Translations under genes and position numbers: made by a program
Part shown: piece after piece, positions 1 through 11,100 of the stretch
How the letters are laid out: each line of letters opens with the position of its first letter
How positions within the stretch are numbered: position 1 is the stretch's first letter
Source: an uncultured Verrucomicrobiota bacterium
GTDB taxonomy: Bacteria; Verrucomicrobiota; Kiritimatiellia; RFP12; UBA1067
DNA: 64,000 nt
Direction of reading: 5' to 3'
Assembly: GCA_946533675.1 (NCBI GenBank)
Contig: CAMNBZ010000008.1
Coordinates: forward strand, 5,360-69,359
Notes under the pieces: model-generated
What the model was told of the DNA's origin: nothing
Database searches by the model: none
Seen by the model: only the letters and a program-made list of their open reading frames with translations

Positions 1-3000
1 TACAAGGGGTATGCGGATGTCGTGATCACCGGCGGCACGGTGTTCCCGACACCCGGCTCCAAGGCGTCCGCCATTGGCGCGGGCTATTCCGCCGGAAGCG
101 TCACGGCCAGCGAGAAGATCGATGTCGCCGCAGTGTACACGACGGCGGACAAGGTGTCGCCGTCGGCAAAGAACAGCGCGGGCGACGCGGTCTTCCCCGT
201 CACGTTCGATTTCGGCGTCGCCGACTGCCGGATCACGGACCTCGTCATCAACAAGGTTTCCCATGCCTGCAACGACGTCTGGACGAACGAGAAGGGCGAG
301 CTCGTCCTGTGGCTGACGTCGACGTCCGGGAATCAGCGCACGATCACGATCGTCGGCGTGGACGAAGACGGGAACGAGATCAAGAAATCGTGGGGCGTGA
401 GCATCGACGGCGACGGAAACTACAAATTCACCCGCGACATCGTCACGGTCGATGGCGAACCGGTCGTGGGCGGGCTTGACGCCGACGGTTCGGGTTGGGA
501 CTACTTCGCCGACACCAGCATCATGACGTTCCGCTCGGGCAACCACACGCTTGGCGGCAGTTCGACGAACGGATCGATCCGGATTGTCGTGGCGGGCGAC
601 GATGTCGCGCTGACGGTCCAGAAACTGACGCTCAAGACGCCCTACGACCGTCTCTCGCCGTTCGTCGTCTCGAACAAATGCACGCTGACGCTCGTGGACG
701 AGAGCACGTTCGAGGGCATTTACAATCCTAATGCCAGCACCGTTTCTAAAAACGGTTCGGAGTACACCGCCGGCCTCGAGGTCCCGGCGGGCGCATCGCT
801 GACGATAGAGGGCGACGGGACCCTCACGGCGATCGGCGGCTGGTGCGGCGCGGGCATCGGCTCGCGCGGCACGGGCTCCGAGAACGCGGGGTCCATCACC
901 ATCAACGGCGGCTATGTCTACGCGGTAGGCGGCGACGGCAAATCCGGCGGCGGCGCGGGCATCGGCGGCGGGCTCGGCGGCGGCGTAGAGTCCATCACGG
1001 TCAACGGCGGCTACGTGGACGCGACGGGCGGCAAGGGATGCTGCGGCATCGGCGGCGGCTGGGGAAGCAACATCAAGCTGACGAACGGAACGTTCCGCGT
1101 GACGGGCGGCACGGTGCTTGCGGCCAAAGGCGCCGGCACGGTGCTCAGCGACTTCGTGACGGCGAGCGGCAACACGGTCGACGTGACGACGGGCAAGTCG
1201 ATCGTCATCGACGGCGCGTGCAGCGTGCGACCGAAGAACGCCGTTGTCGCGAACGCGAACCCCTGTCCCGGCCCCGTGAACTCGAACGACGTGCGGCTCG
1301 TCTTTTCCGTGATCGACGGGCTCGGTCCCGGCGACATGGTGCATCTTTCGGATGATATCTGGACGCAGTACAACGGTGCCAGTTTGCTGGCGGACGACGG
1401 CGGCGCGCTCTGTCTCTGGGGCGAAGCGACGAACGTGGAGCGCAATGTCGAGTTTGAAAGCCCGAACATTCCCGGCGGCAAGATGACGTTTGCGCTCAGC
1501 GCCGCGAGCAATACGATCTTTCATGTGTCGGACGACTACGAGGCGCCCGAGAGCCGGAAGGTCAACGGCGTGACGTGCTGGCGCGTGTCGGTGGTCGCGC
1601 TGCCGGCCAGGAAGCGTCTGCCGGTCGAAGGGATCGATGCCGTGTATTCGCGCGGCACGACCGTTTCGGACGCGACAGGCATGACCTATCTCTATCTGCC
1701 GGACGGTTCGTACGACTTCACCGTCGGCGGGTATGCGTACCATGCGGAGGTTAACGGCGGCGTGGCGACGGCGACCTTCACGGTGGGCATTCTGGTGGAC
1801 GGCGTCGATATCGGCGCATGCAGCGGCGAGGGCTGGAGCTACAGCGGCACGGACGAGATTCTGAGCCTCGGCGCGGCGAAAGAATACGTCGTGTCCGGAA
1901 CGAACGCCGAGCGGCAGGTGTCTGTTTGCGCTGCGACGCGGGGCGTCAAGATACGCGCCGACCGGCTGGAGCTTGCGCCGGCGGGCCGCGGCGCGTTCTA
2001 TGCCGCGGACGGCGTGCCGTCCTTTGAGTACGCGGGCGGAACATTGGGCACGGGGGAGATTCCGTCGCAGATGGTCGTCTCCGGCGGCACGATTGACGCG
2101 ACGATTCAGAATCCCGTCGCAGTGACTTCGTCCGGCGTTCTCACAAACGCCTATTGCGTGACGATCGACGGTCTGCCGCGTTTTGCGAAAATCGACATTG
2201 CCAACATCGAGGGTCTGGAGAATTACGACACGCAGGGCATCTACGCGAACGAATACGGTGAAGTCTATCTGTATCTTCCCGACGGCGACTACTGGTTCAG
2301 CGTCTCCGACGGCGCGACGACGAGCGAGAAGATCGCCATAGTGGACGGGGCGGAAGCGGTGGCGCTCAACTACGATCCGACGGGCGTCAGCATCAACGGC
2401 CGCGACGCCGCGCGGCTCAGGGGCGACGGCTGGCTCAACGAGGACGGTCTCGTGCGGCTTCTTGCCGCCACCGACTATGTGCTGAGCGGCACGAACGGCG
2501 GTCCGGCAGTGACGTTCCAGGCGCAGACAAGCCGCACGACGCTCGTCTTTGACAATCTCGTCATGACGAACGCCGCGATGGAGGTCTCGCCGGTTTCCGT
2601 CGGAAGCGGACAAAAGGCGACGTTTACGGTCGAGCTGAGGGGCACGAATATTCTGCACGGCGTTTCGTCCGACGCGTGGTGCGGCGTGGAAATGCTCCAG
2701 ATGACCGAACTCAACTTCACCGGCGACGGTTCTCTCGAGGCCACGGGCCAGGGGCCCGGCATCGGCATGGGACGCGGCGAGGTGGCCGACATGTCGTCCG
2801 TGATCATCCATTCCGGCACGATCGTCGCGACGGGCGGCAGCAGCGCGGCGGGCATCGGCGGCGGCGGCGGGCAGGACGGCATCCGGACGTATGTCTACGG
2901 CGGCAGCGTGACGGCGACGGGCGGCAACGGCGCGGCGGGCATCGGCGGCGGCTACAACTGCTACGGCGCGGCCGTCACGATCACGAACGGCGTCGTCGTG

Positions 3001-6000
3001 GCGACGGGCGGCGCGGGCGGCGCGGGCATCGGCGGCGGGCGGAGCGGCGGCGCCGCGCTGAGAGGGGCGTGCGAAATCTCCGGCGGCATCGTGACGGCGA
3101 CGGGCGGCGACGGCGCGGCGGGCATCGGCGGCGGCGCGGGCGGCGCGGCTGGCTATTACGTGCAGCAGGGCGGAACGGTTGTTGCGCGCGGCGGCAGCGG
3201 CGGCAAGGATATCGGCGCCGGGCAGGGCGGGACGTCGGCCGGCATGACGACGGTAATCGGCGGCTCGCTCAACGCCGCGAGCGCGAACGTCGCGCCTGTT
3301 GCGAAGAACGCCTCCGCCGAGCGCGTCTACTGCGTGACGGTTCCGATCGGGCGCGCGAACTTCGACATCGGCGCGGCAATGACCGATTTCGCCGGCTATT
3401 CGCTTTCGGGGGCGGTGACGGACGACGAGGGGAAAATCTACGTCTGGCTGCCGGACGGGAAATACTACATCAACATCGCGAACAGGCCGTTCCGCGCGAT
3501 TGTCGATGGCGCGGACACCGAGGCGGAGGTCTGGTCTGTCGGCGTCGAAGTGGATGGCGTGGATGTCGCGCTGCAGTCCGGCGAGGGGTGGACGTATTCG
3601 GTCGATACGGGGCTTCTTTCCGTCTTCGCCGACGGCTGCGTGATTTCCGGCACGAACACGGCGGGTCAGGCGTATATCGAGATAACCAACGACGTTTCGT
3701 TCGTCATCTCCAACCTTGTCCTGTCGACGAGCGGCAGCGGCGCACCCATTGCCGTCTGCTCGAACGTGGCGGCTGTTGTCGCCCTGGCAGGGGCCAACCG
3801 GCTCCAAAGCGAGGTTCTGTCCCGGCCTGGCATCCACGTGCCCTACAGTTCGTCGCTTGTTCTCACGAATCTCGATTCGGTGGTTTCCGTTTCCGATCCC
3901 GACGGCGCGATCCTCTCGCCGAGTCTTATAGCAAAGGGCGGCGGCAGTTCGGCGGGCATTGGCGGAGGAGGATACGAGAGCCACGGTACGATCACGATCG
4001 CGGGCGGCGTAATTTCGGCGATTGGCGGCTTCCGCGCCCCGGGCATCGGGAGCGGGTATTTCGCCGACAGCGGCGCCAACTCCGCCGATGCCGCCACGCA
4101 GCAAATGGGCGAGATAAGAATAAGCGGCGGACATGTGACGGCCGAAGGCGATTCCTATGCCGCCGGCATCGGCGGCGGTAACGGACATTCGGGCGGTACG
4201 ATCGGCATTTCCGGCGGCACGGTGACGGCCATCGGAGGGGAATGCGCCGCCGGCATCGGCGGCGGGTATGGCGCGCGCGGCTACGATATCCGCATATCCG
4301 GGGGCGTCGTGGCGGCTCGTGGCGGCGAAGGCGGTGCGGGCGTCGGCGGCGGGCAGGCCAGCTACAACGACTTTGCATCGAACACCGAGCCGTGCCGCGT
4401 CGCGATATCGGGCGGCCGCGTTTCGGCGAACGGCGGCGAAGGCGCTTCGGGAATCGGATCCGGCCACAAGGATAAACAGTGCGCGATCGTGGGAATAACG
4501 GGCGGAACGGTCGTGGCTGAATGCGGCGGCGCCAAAGAGGGCTATCAACTTCCGGACGATATCGGCGTCGGGGCATGCGCCGATTCGGGCAAAGCCACGT
4601 ACCCGCTCACGATCAAAAACGCGTCCGTACACGCGACGCACAGAACGGCCTCGGCGGAATACGTCTCGCCCGCGCCGTCGAACGGCACGGCGCGCGTCTG
4701 GTGCGTGACGGTTGCCACACAATCCACGAACGAGCTTGTCATGATCGAAAATCTCGCGGGCTACGACAGGGCGAACGGGCTGTACACCGACGAGGAAGGC
4801 AAGCTGTACCTGTGGCTGCCGAACGGCACGTATATATTCTACGTGGGCAAGGAACCGTTTACGGCGACCGTCGACAACGCCGACACCACGGCGGAAGAAT
4901 GGCTGACGGGCGTCACGGCGGACGGCGTGGACGTCTCGCATGTCATGGCCAGGGGCCAGAAGTGGTATTACGACATCGGAGAGAAGAGGCTGTATGTCAT
5001 AGACGACTGCGTCGTGTCCGGCACAAACACGGACGGTTACGTCAGCATCACAGCCGGGTCTCTGTCGCAAGATGAAGGCGCGGCGCTTTCCGTGACCGTT
5101 TCCAACCTTTATATCAAGTCTTCCTCCGCCTCGCCGCTCGCCGTCACGAACGGCGCGGTGACGGTGCGGCTCGCGGGCGCGAATATGTTCGATGCCACGG
5201 ATACCGGCGACTACGCGGCATTGAACGTGGACGCATCCGCCACGCTCGCGATCACGAACCTCGAGGAGAACGCGGCGCTCATGGCCAGGGGCGGCACCGA
5301 CGGCGCGGGCATCGGCGGCAACCGGGGCGAAGGCACGGGGACGATCCGCATCGAAGGCGGCATTGTCTATGCGTACGGCATAGAAGACGGCGCGGGAATC
5401 GGGAGCGGCTACAAGGGTACGTGCGGCGACATCTACATCACCGGCGGCCGGGTGACGGCGATTGGCGGCACGAGCAGCGGGCTCTTCGGTTCGGCGTACT
5501 GCGGGGCGGGCATCGGCGGCGGCGATTCGTCGGAATCGGCGGGGCGCCGAATCGAGATTTCCGGCGGAACCGTCACGGCCCTGAGCAATGAGATCGGCTC
5601 GAAGCACGCCGCCGTCATCGGCGACGGTTATTCCGCGAAGACCAAGAATGGCTACACGGTCGTGATGGCCGGCGGCAGCGTTCTGCCGGACGGCAGATCC
5701 GACGCGTCGACGTGCTTCACCGAGTCCTCCGCCAACGTGAAGACCTATCCCGCCGCCGCATCCGGCGAAAGAGCGTACGAGGTTGTGCTCGCAGGTTTCA
5801 CCGCAGGTGCAAAGGCCGATATCGAAATCGACGGCTACGGCACGAACGACATCTACGCCGATTACGGCGGCAGGATACATCTCTGGCTCGCGCCCGGCGT
5901 CTACAATGCCGCGATCGGCTCCGTCCGGTATCTCCTGAAAGCGACGGAAAGCGGCGGAACGCTCGAAGAGCTTCTCCCGACGGGCGTCCTGGTCGACGGC

Positions 6001-8025
6001 GTCGATGTCTACGAAACCGCCGGCGCGGGTTGGACGTACGATCCGGCCAAAGGCGTGCTTTCGATCGCGGGCGACGCGACGCTTTCCGGCACGAACACGG
6101 CGGGCGCGGTGCGCTGCCGCGTCGAAAGCGACGCGAACATCGTCTTCTCGAATCTCTGCCTCAAGGCGACCGGGAACCGCCAGACGCCGTTCGCCATCGC
6201 CTCGAACGCGACGGTGTCCGTTGCGTTCACCGGCACGAACACGCTTGCCGCCGGCAAGTACTGCGCGGCGCTCGAAGTGCCGTACGAGTCGGGCGTTTCC
6301 ATCGGCGGCGACGGCTGGCTCTACGCGGCCGGCGGCGGCGGGGACGGCTGGAGCTATCCCGGAATCGGCGCGAGCGCAGGGATGTATCAAGCTGTTTCCA
6401 ATGTCGTCATCAGGAGCGGCAACATCGTCGCGACGACGCCGGAGGATTTCATTGATTCGATTTCCGGCGCGCTCGTCGCGGGAGGCAATGTCAACATGCG
6501 CGATTCCAATTCCGCGGTAAATAGCGACGGCGCGCTCCTCGACCGCGTGAAAGTCGCGAATCTTCCGGCAGGCAAGGCGGTGGAGATAACGGGGCTGCCG
6601 GCCTACTATGACGTATCCAACATTTGCGCGGACGATTCCGGGAACATCTATCTGTGGCTCCCCAGGGGCAACTACGCGTTCACCGTCGACGGGACGAAGT
6701 ACTTCGCGGGCGTTGCGGGCTCGGCGACGACCGCGCTCGTGCAGGATGTGGACGTCGCGATCAACGGCGAGAACGTCTGCACGCTTTCCGGCGGCGGCTG
6801 GTACTACGACGTGGCCGACAGGACGCTCTACGTCACCAACCAGGGAACCTACACCGTGACCGGCACGAACGACGAAGGCAAGGTGGCGATCTACCTGAGG
6901 GCGGAGGACGGTCCCGTCGAACTCGTCCTGAAGGATCTGCATCTTTCCGGCTACACGCGCGAAGATCTGTATTCGCCCATCGTCCTGAGCGACATCTGGG
7001 ACCAGCAGCCCGTCACGCTGACGCTCGCGTCCTCCAATTCGCTCGTGTCGTGCGCGGACAGCACCCACCACAAGTACGCCGGCATATATGTGCCCTACGG
7101 GCGCACGCTGACGATCGCGGGCGACGGGTATCTCGCCGTCACGGGCAACAGCGGCGCGGCGATCGGCGGTCGTGAAGAATATCTGAGCAATACGAGAAGA
7201 TGCGGCAACATCAACATAACGGGCGGCCGGATCGTGGCGAGAGGATCGTCCTCCGCGATCGGCAGCTGCGACGGCCAGTCGTGCGGCGACATCGTGATTT
7301 CCGGCGGAACCGTCGAGGCGGAAACGACCAGCGGGCAGGCGATCGGAACGGGCGGCGCGAATGTGCAGCAGACCGTCGTCATCACAGGCGGTTCCGTCAA
7401 GGCGACGGACGCCGGCGCGGCGACGGTGGCGGTGAACGCCTCTGGCGCGGCGCTCTCGTGTGTCGAAGTTTCGGGGCTCTCGCCCGGCGCGGCCGTCGCG
7501 TTCAACGGGCTGCCGCCGGGCTACGGAACGGACTGCATTTACGCGGACGCGGACGGCAAGGCGTATCTCTGGCTTCCGGCGGACTGGACGACGCCGGTGA
7601 CGCCGAAGCTCATGTCCGCCGCTCCGCGCAGGCTTCTCGCCGCGACTTCCGGCACGACGCACACGTTCGTCGCGAACGGCTACAGATATACGGTCGAAAT
7701 TCCTTCGGACGGCGGCGAGGTTTTCTCTGAAAAGGGCGAGGCGCTTCAGCTGGAAAGCGTGACGATCGACGGCTTCGCGGTCGAGGACGGCTGGCTGAAG
7801 ATCCACCTGACGGCCCGCCCGGCGACGTGGCTCTACGGTTTCGCCGACACGCTGGCCGTCCGCGCAGCCGCGACGCTGCCCATCCCGGCGGACGCGACGC
7901 TCGACCTCTCCCGCGCCGAATGGCGTCTCGAGAACGGGGACGCGGCCCTGTTCGCGGTGCCGCTCGCGGCGGAGCAGCAGACGATGTTTTTCAGCGTCGG
8001 GACGGTAGACGGCGCGGGTGAATAA
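1..8025 (+). CDS. Giant secreted repeat protein, 5' partial (>2,670 aa). Glycine-rich beta-helix-like coils plus repeated YLWLPxGxY modules; adhesin/surface-protein-like, function unknown
   Basis: Frame 1 is open from nt 1, with no stop before the listed start at 22. Dozens of coils of the form I.I.GG.V.A.GG.G(A)AGIGGG. At least 7 copies of D..G.(I/L)Y(L/V)WLP.G.Y.F.V, each paired with GV.VDGVDV..GEGW.Y....L.V...VSGTNT. Confidence 0.8.
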   Translation, partial: YKGYADVVITGGTVFPTPGSKASAIGAGYSAGSVTASEKIDVAAVYTTADKVSPSAKNSAGDAVFPVTFDFGVADCRITDLVINKVSHACNDVWTNEKGELVLWLTSTSGNQRTITIVGVDEDGNEIKKSWGVSIDGDGNYKFTRDIVTVDGEPVVGGLDADGSGWDYFADTSIMTFRSGNHTLGGSSTNGSIRIVVAGDDVALTVQKLTLKTPYDRLSPFVVSNKCTLTLVDESTFEGIYNPNASTVSKNGSEYTAGLEVPAGASLTIEGDGTLTAIGGWCGAGIGSRGTGSENAGSITINGGYVYAVGGDGKSGGGAGIGGGLGGGVESITVNGGYVDATGGKGCCGIGGGWGSNIKLTNGTFRVTGGTVLAAKGAGTVLSDFVTASGNTVDVTTGKSIVIDGACSVRPKNAVVANANPCPGPVNSNDVRLVFSVIDGLGPGDMVHLSDDIWTQYNGASLLADDGGALCLWGEATNVERNVEFESPNIPGGKMTFALSAASNTIFHVSDDYEAPESRKVNGVTCWRVSVVALPARKRLPVEGIDAVYSRGTTVSDATGMTYLYLPDGSYDFTVGGYAYHAEVNGGVATATFTVGILVDGVDIGACSGEGWSYSGTDEILSLGAAKEYVVSGTNAERQVSVCAATRGVKIRADRLELAPAGRGAFYAADGVPSFEYAGGTLGTGEIPSQMVVSGGTIDATIQNPVAVTSSGVLTNAYCVTIDGLPRFAKIDIANIEGLENYDTQGIYANEYGEVYLYLPDGDYWFSVSDGATTSEKIAIVDGAEAVALNYDPTGVSINGRDAARLRGDGWLNEDGLVRLLAATDYVLSGTNGGPAVTFQAQTSRTTLVFDNLVMTNAAMEVSPVSVGSGQKATFTVELRGTNILHGVSSDAWCGVEMLQMTELNFTGDGSLEATGQGPGIGMGRGEVADMSSVIIHSGTIVATGGSSAAGIGGGGGQDGIRTYVYGGSVTATGGNGAAGIGGGYNCYGAAVTITNGVVVATGGAGGAGIGGGRSGGAALRGACEISGGIVTATGGDGAAGIGGGAGGAAGYYVQQGGTVVARGGSGGKDIGAGQGGTSAGMTTVIGGSLNAASANVAPVAKNASAERVYCVTVPIGRANFDIGAAMTDFAGYSLSGAVTDDEGKIYVWLPDGKYYINIANRPFRAIVDGADTEAEVWSVGVEVDGVDVALQSGEGWTYSVDTGLLSVFADGCVISGTNTAGQAYIEITNDVSFVISNLVLSTSGSGAPIAVCSNVAAVVALAGANRLQSEVLSRPGIHVPYSSSLVLTNLDSVVSVSDPDGAILSPSLIAKGGGSSAGIGGGGYESHGTITIAGGVISAIGGFRAPGIGSGYFADSGANSADAATQQMGEIRISGGHVTAEGDSYAAGIGGGNGHSGGTIGISGGTVTAIGGECAAGIGGGYGARGYDIRISGGVVAARGGEGGAGVGGGQASYNDFASNTEPCRVAISGGRVSANGGEGASGIGSGHKDKQCAIVGITGGTVVAECGGAKEGYQLPDDIGVGACADSGKATYPLTIKNASVHATHRTASAEYVSPAPSNGTARVWCVTVATQSTNELVMIENLAGYDRANGLYTDEEGKLYLWLPNGTYIFYVGKEPFTATVDNADTTAEEWLTGVTADGVDVSHVMARGQKWYYDIGEKRLYVIDDCVVSGTNTDGYVSITAGSLSQDEGAALSVTVSNLYIKSSSASPLAVTNGAVTVRLAGANMFDATDTGDYAALNVDASATLAITNLEENAALMARGGTDGAGIGGNRGEGTGTIRIEGGIVYAYGIEDGAGIGSGYKGTCGDIYITGGRVTAIGGTSSGLFGSAYCGAGIGGGDSSESAGRRIEISGGTVTALSNEIGSKHAAVIGDGYSAKTKNGYTVVMAGGSVLPDGRSDASTCFTESSANVKTYPAAASGERAYEVVLAGFTAGAKADIEIDGYGTNDIYADYGGRIHLWLAPGVYNAAIGSVRYLLKATESGGTLEELLPTGVLVDGVDVYETAGAGWTYDPAKGVLSIAGDATLSGTNTAGAVRCRVESDANIVFSNLCLKATGNRQTPFAIASNATVSVAFTGTNTLAAGKYCAALEVPYESGVSIGGDGWLYAAGGGGDGWSYPGIGASAGMYQAVSNVVIRSGNIVATTPEDFIDSISGALVAGGNVNMRDSNSAVNSDGALLDRVKVANLPAGKAVEITGLPAYYDVSNICADDSGNIYLWLPRGNYAFTVDGTKYFAGVAGSATTALVQDVDVAINGENVCTLSGGGWYYDVADRTLYVTNQGTYTVTGTNDEGKVAIYLRAEDGPVELVLKDLHLSGYTREDLYSPIVLSDIWDQQPVTLTLASSNSLVSCADSTHHKYAGIYVPYGRTLTIAGDGYLAVTGNSGAAIGGREEYLSNTRRCGNINITGGRIVARGSSSAIGSCDGQSCGDIVISGGTVEAETTSGQAIGTGGANVQQTVVITGGSVKATDAGAATVAVNASGAALSCVEVSGLSPGAAVAFNGLPPGYGTDCIYADADGKAYLWLPADWTTPVTPKLMSAAPRRLLAATSGTTHTFVANGYRYTVEIPSDGGEVFSEKGEALQLESVTIDGFAVEDGWLKIHLTARPATWLYGFADTLAVRAAATLPIPADATLDLSRAEWRLENGDAALFAVPLAAEQQTMFFSVGTVDGAGE

Positions 8026-8097
8026 ATGTTATACTGATCCAAAAATCGATGACTTTCTCAAGCACATCGCCAAGCCCGGCTGGTTCGAGGCGTGACG

Positions 8098-8112
8098 CCT
8101 AGAATCCTCGCG
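8098..8112. repeat. Dispersed intergenic motif CCTAGAATCCTCGCG (CTAG family)
   Basis: A perfect 15-mer also present at 46934-46948. Related copies at 28685-28746 and, inverted, at 39151-39189. Confidence 0.7.
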
Positions 8113-8122
8113 CGGCATTTTA

Positions 8123-8131
8123 TGATATACT
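8123..8131 (+). promoter_or_regulatory. Extended -10 box TGATATACT
   Basis: Matches the window-wide consensus TTTGATAtAcTA. Lies 16-22 nt upstream of the candidate ATGs and is followed by GGAGGG. Confidence 0.55.
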
Positions 8132-8153
8132 ACCGCTGAAGGAGGGAATGAGA

Positions 8154-11100
8154 ATGCGGATGAAATTCTACAGAACGGCGGCGGTGCTTGCGGCGGCGCT
8201 CGCGGCGTGCGGACCGGCCGGGGCGATCAGCGTCGAGTCGGAGGCGATGCGCGCGAAGAAGGGCGTGCTGATTCTCCAGTGCGGCAGCGACTGGTGCGTC
8301 TCGGGCGAGTCGGTGCGCGGCGTCTTCGAAAGCACCGCGTTCAAGAAGGGCAAGGTCGCCCAGAAGTACGCGCTCGCGACGTACGACGAGATGGATCGTC
8401 CGACCGAGGCGGCGAAGAAGCGGAACGAGGACTGCCGGAGCCTGCTCATCCGCACGAAGCGCTTCCCCGCGATCACCTGCTACACGCCGGAGATGAAGGT
8501 CTTCGCGCAGATTGAAAATGTCCCGTACGACGTCGACGCCGAAAAGCTGTCGCGCGCGATCGCCCGGGTGACGAAGCGCAAGGACGAGGCGGAGGCGCTG
8601 TTCAAGAAGGCGGCGACGCTCACGGGCGCGGAGGCGGCCGACGCCTACGGGCAGGGGTTCGACATCCTCGCGGCGATGATGACGTCGAAGAATCTGACCT
8701 CGTTCCATTTCCGGGAGCTGACGACGGGCCCGCACGGCTGGCGCCGGGAGTGGGACGCGCTCACGCGGCTCGACGCGGGCGACCGGTACGGCTGGCTCGC
8801 GCACTTCCGCATGGACGAGTACGAGACCGTGCGGCTCGTCGAGAAGGTGACGAATCTGAAGGAGAGCTCGCGCAGCCAGGCGGAGGCGCTCGTCAAGAAA
8901 TACAAGGCGATCCCCGACGCGCACTTCTCGCCGAACCAGAAGCAGTGCGTCAAGGTGATGGAGTATGCGCTCGGCGCGAACGGGACGAACGGTTCGCTCG
9001 ACACCGTCGGCAAGCGGCTGATGAAGGAGGCGTACGCGCTCGGCGAGGACACGTTCTGGGGCCAGTTCGCGAAGGGCCGGCTGATGATGGACGGCGAGCA
9101 GCTGGAGGCGAAGCGCCCGCCGGCGGCGAAGGTGCGCCCGCGCCCGACGACTGGCTCGACGGGCATGCCGCCGACGTACATGATGGATCAGGTCAAGACC
9201 CGCCTCCGGAGCCTCAAGCCCGGCGCGCCGCTGACGGACGCGCAGAAGCTCGACGTCGCGCGCTACGCCGCGCTGCGGCTGATCGGACCGAAGGGCTGGA
9301 CGGATCTGTGCGCGCGCAAGGGCGGCACGCGGTTCATCAAGGCGTTCATGGACGACCGCGTCTGGCTGGAGGATTTCGCGTATTCGGGCGACTTCCCGCA
9401 GAAGAGCGGCGGCTGGAACGACGCGAGCGCGGGGCCGGGCGCGGGCGCGGGCGCGGCGCTCGCGCTGGAATCGCTCGTCTTCCAGGACGGCGGGCGCTGG
9501 ACGCCGTTCGAGAACGGCGCGTTCGCGGACAACGAGGGCCGCCGCTTCATGACGGCGCTCGCCATCAACTATCCCGACCGCGACGAGGCGTGGCAGGCGG
9601 ACGTGCTGGACGCCTACCGCGCGAGCGCGCTCGCCGAGCGGCTGCACAAATCCGCCTATTCGCAGCCCGTCTGGCTGTGGCGCTACGCGACGCACACGGG
9701 CCATCCCTCGTCGGGCACGCCCGACATGGCCGCGCAGCACCGCCACCTCGAACGGTTCGTGAACCTGCCCGAGCGCGAGTACGGCGGGACGTGCTGGATG
9801 ATCGTCTACCGGCTGAAGAACTGCTTCGGCGACTCGGTGCACGGGCCGTTCTACTACAAGGCGTGGGACCGGGCGGGCGCGTGGCCCAAGCGCCGCTATT
9901 CGCAGATCGTCGGCGGCGTCTGCGGCGAGCTGTCCAAGTTCGGCAGCGCGACGTCGAACGCGCACGGCCTGCCCTCGACGACCGTCGGCCAGCCGGGCCA
10001 CTGCGCCTATTCGCGCCGCCTGACCGACGGGCGCTGGGAGATCGACTACAGCGTGACGGGCCATTCGCAGCTCCATCTGTGCTTCTGGAACCATCACGCG
10101 TGGCAGTATGTCGCCGCGCTGGAGAGCACGTTCAACACCGACCGCGAGACGCGCCTCGCCGCCGAGCGCCAGCTGACGCTGGCGGCGCTGTCGGAGGACG
10201 CGGGCCGCGACGCGAAGGTCGTCGAGAAGTTCTACCAGAGCGCGTGCGTCGCGCACCGCGGCCACTACGGCGCGTGGAAGGAGTACGGCGCGTGGCTGAT
10301 GCGCACCAGCAGCCCGCTCGACAAGGTCAAGGTGTGGGTGCGCGGCTGCGCGCGCGGCCTGAAGGCGGGGCGGCAGCCGCTGTGGGACATTCTCACGCCC
10401 TACTTCGCGCGCGTCGCCCGCGAGAAGGGCAAGGCGGCACTGAGGGACGAGCTGATCGAGTTCGCGCCGCTGCTGAAGCAGGGCAGCGACCGGCTGCAGG
10501 AGGAGGCGGACTTCTCGACCGTGCTGAAAACGTGGGGCGAGGCGCTCGGCGGCGACGCGGAGATGCGCTATGACGTGCTCAAGGCGATGATGACCGCGCA
10601 GGCGGGCACGCGCAACTACTTCAGCCAGACGATGAGCTGGGGCAGCGAATTCTTCTCGAAGACGGCGCAGGGCGTGCAGACCTTCACCAGGTGCCTCGGC
10701 GAGGCGCTGGCGGCGGCCGACGCGGCGGACGCGAAGGGGAAGAAGGGCAAGGGCGGCGGCGCGTCCATCGACTTCGGGCCGCTCATCCTCGGCGCGTCCC
10801 GCAACGGCAACCGCGAGGCGTTCCAGCAGATGGCGAAGCTCCAGGCGAAGCTGTCGCCGCCGGGAACGCGCGAATCCGGCTACGGGAAGAGCGAATTCGG
10901 CGGCGAGCTCCTCTGCACGGACGGGATGCTCCGGACGTCCTCGACGTGCGGGCACGACCATCCCCAGAACTATCCGTTCGCGCTCGATCTGCCGCAGACG
11001 ACGTCCGGCGCGGCGTTCCACACCGACAGCGAGGAGTCGCCGTGGGCGGAGGTGACGCTGGCGGGGCCGTCGACGCTCACGGGTCTCGTCATCGACAACG

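Noticed and set aside
2800-3250. Giant protein considered as a Chlamydia-type polymorphic membrane protein (GGA[ILV]/FxxN repeats), given the PVC-like context
   Set aside because: The recurrent motif is (A)AGIGGG within G-rich coils. I see no regular FxxN partner motif and no autotransporter beta-barrel at the C-terminus. The assignment cannot be supported by eye.
8070-8100. GGTTCGAGG-like strings (also 39155-39165, 55860-55880) considered as possible tRNA T-arms
   Set aside because: No flanking acceptor, D or anticodon stems can be drawn. They are parts of the CTAG/GATTC repeat motifs.
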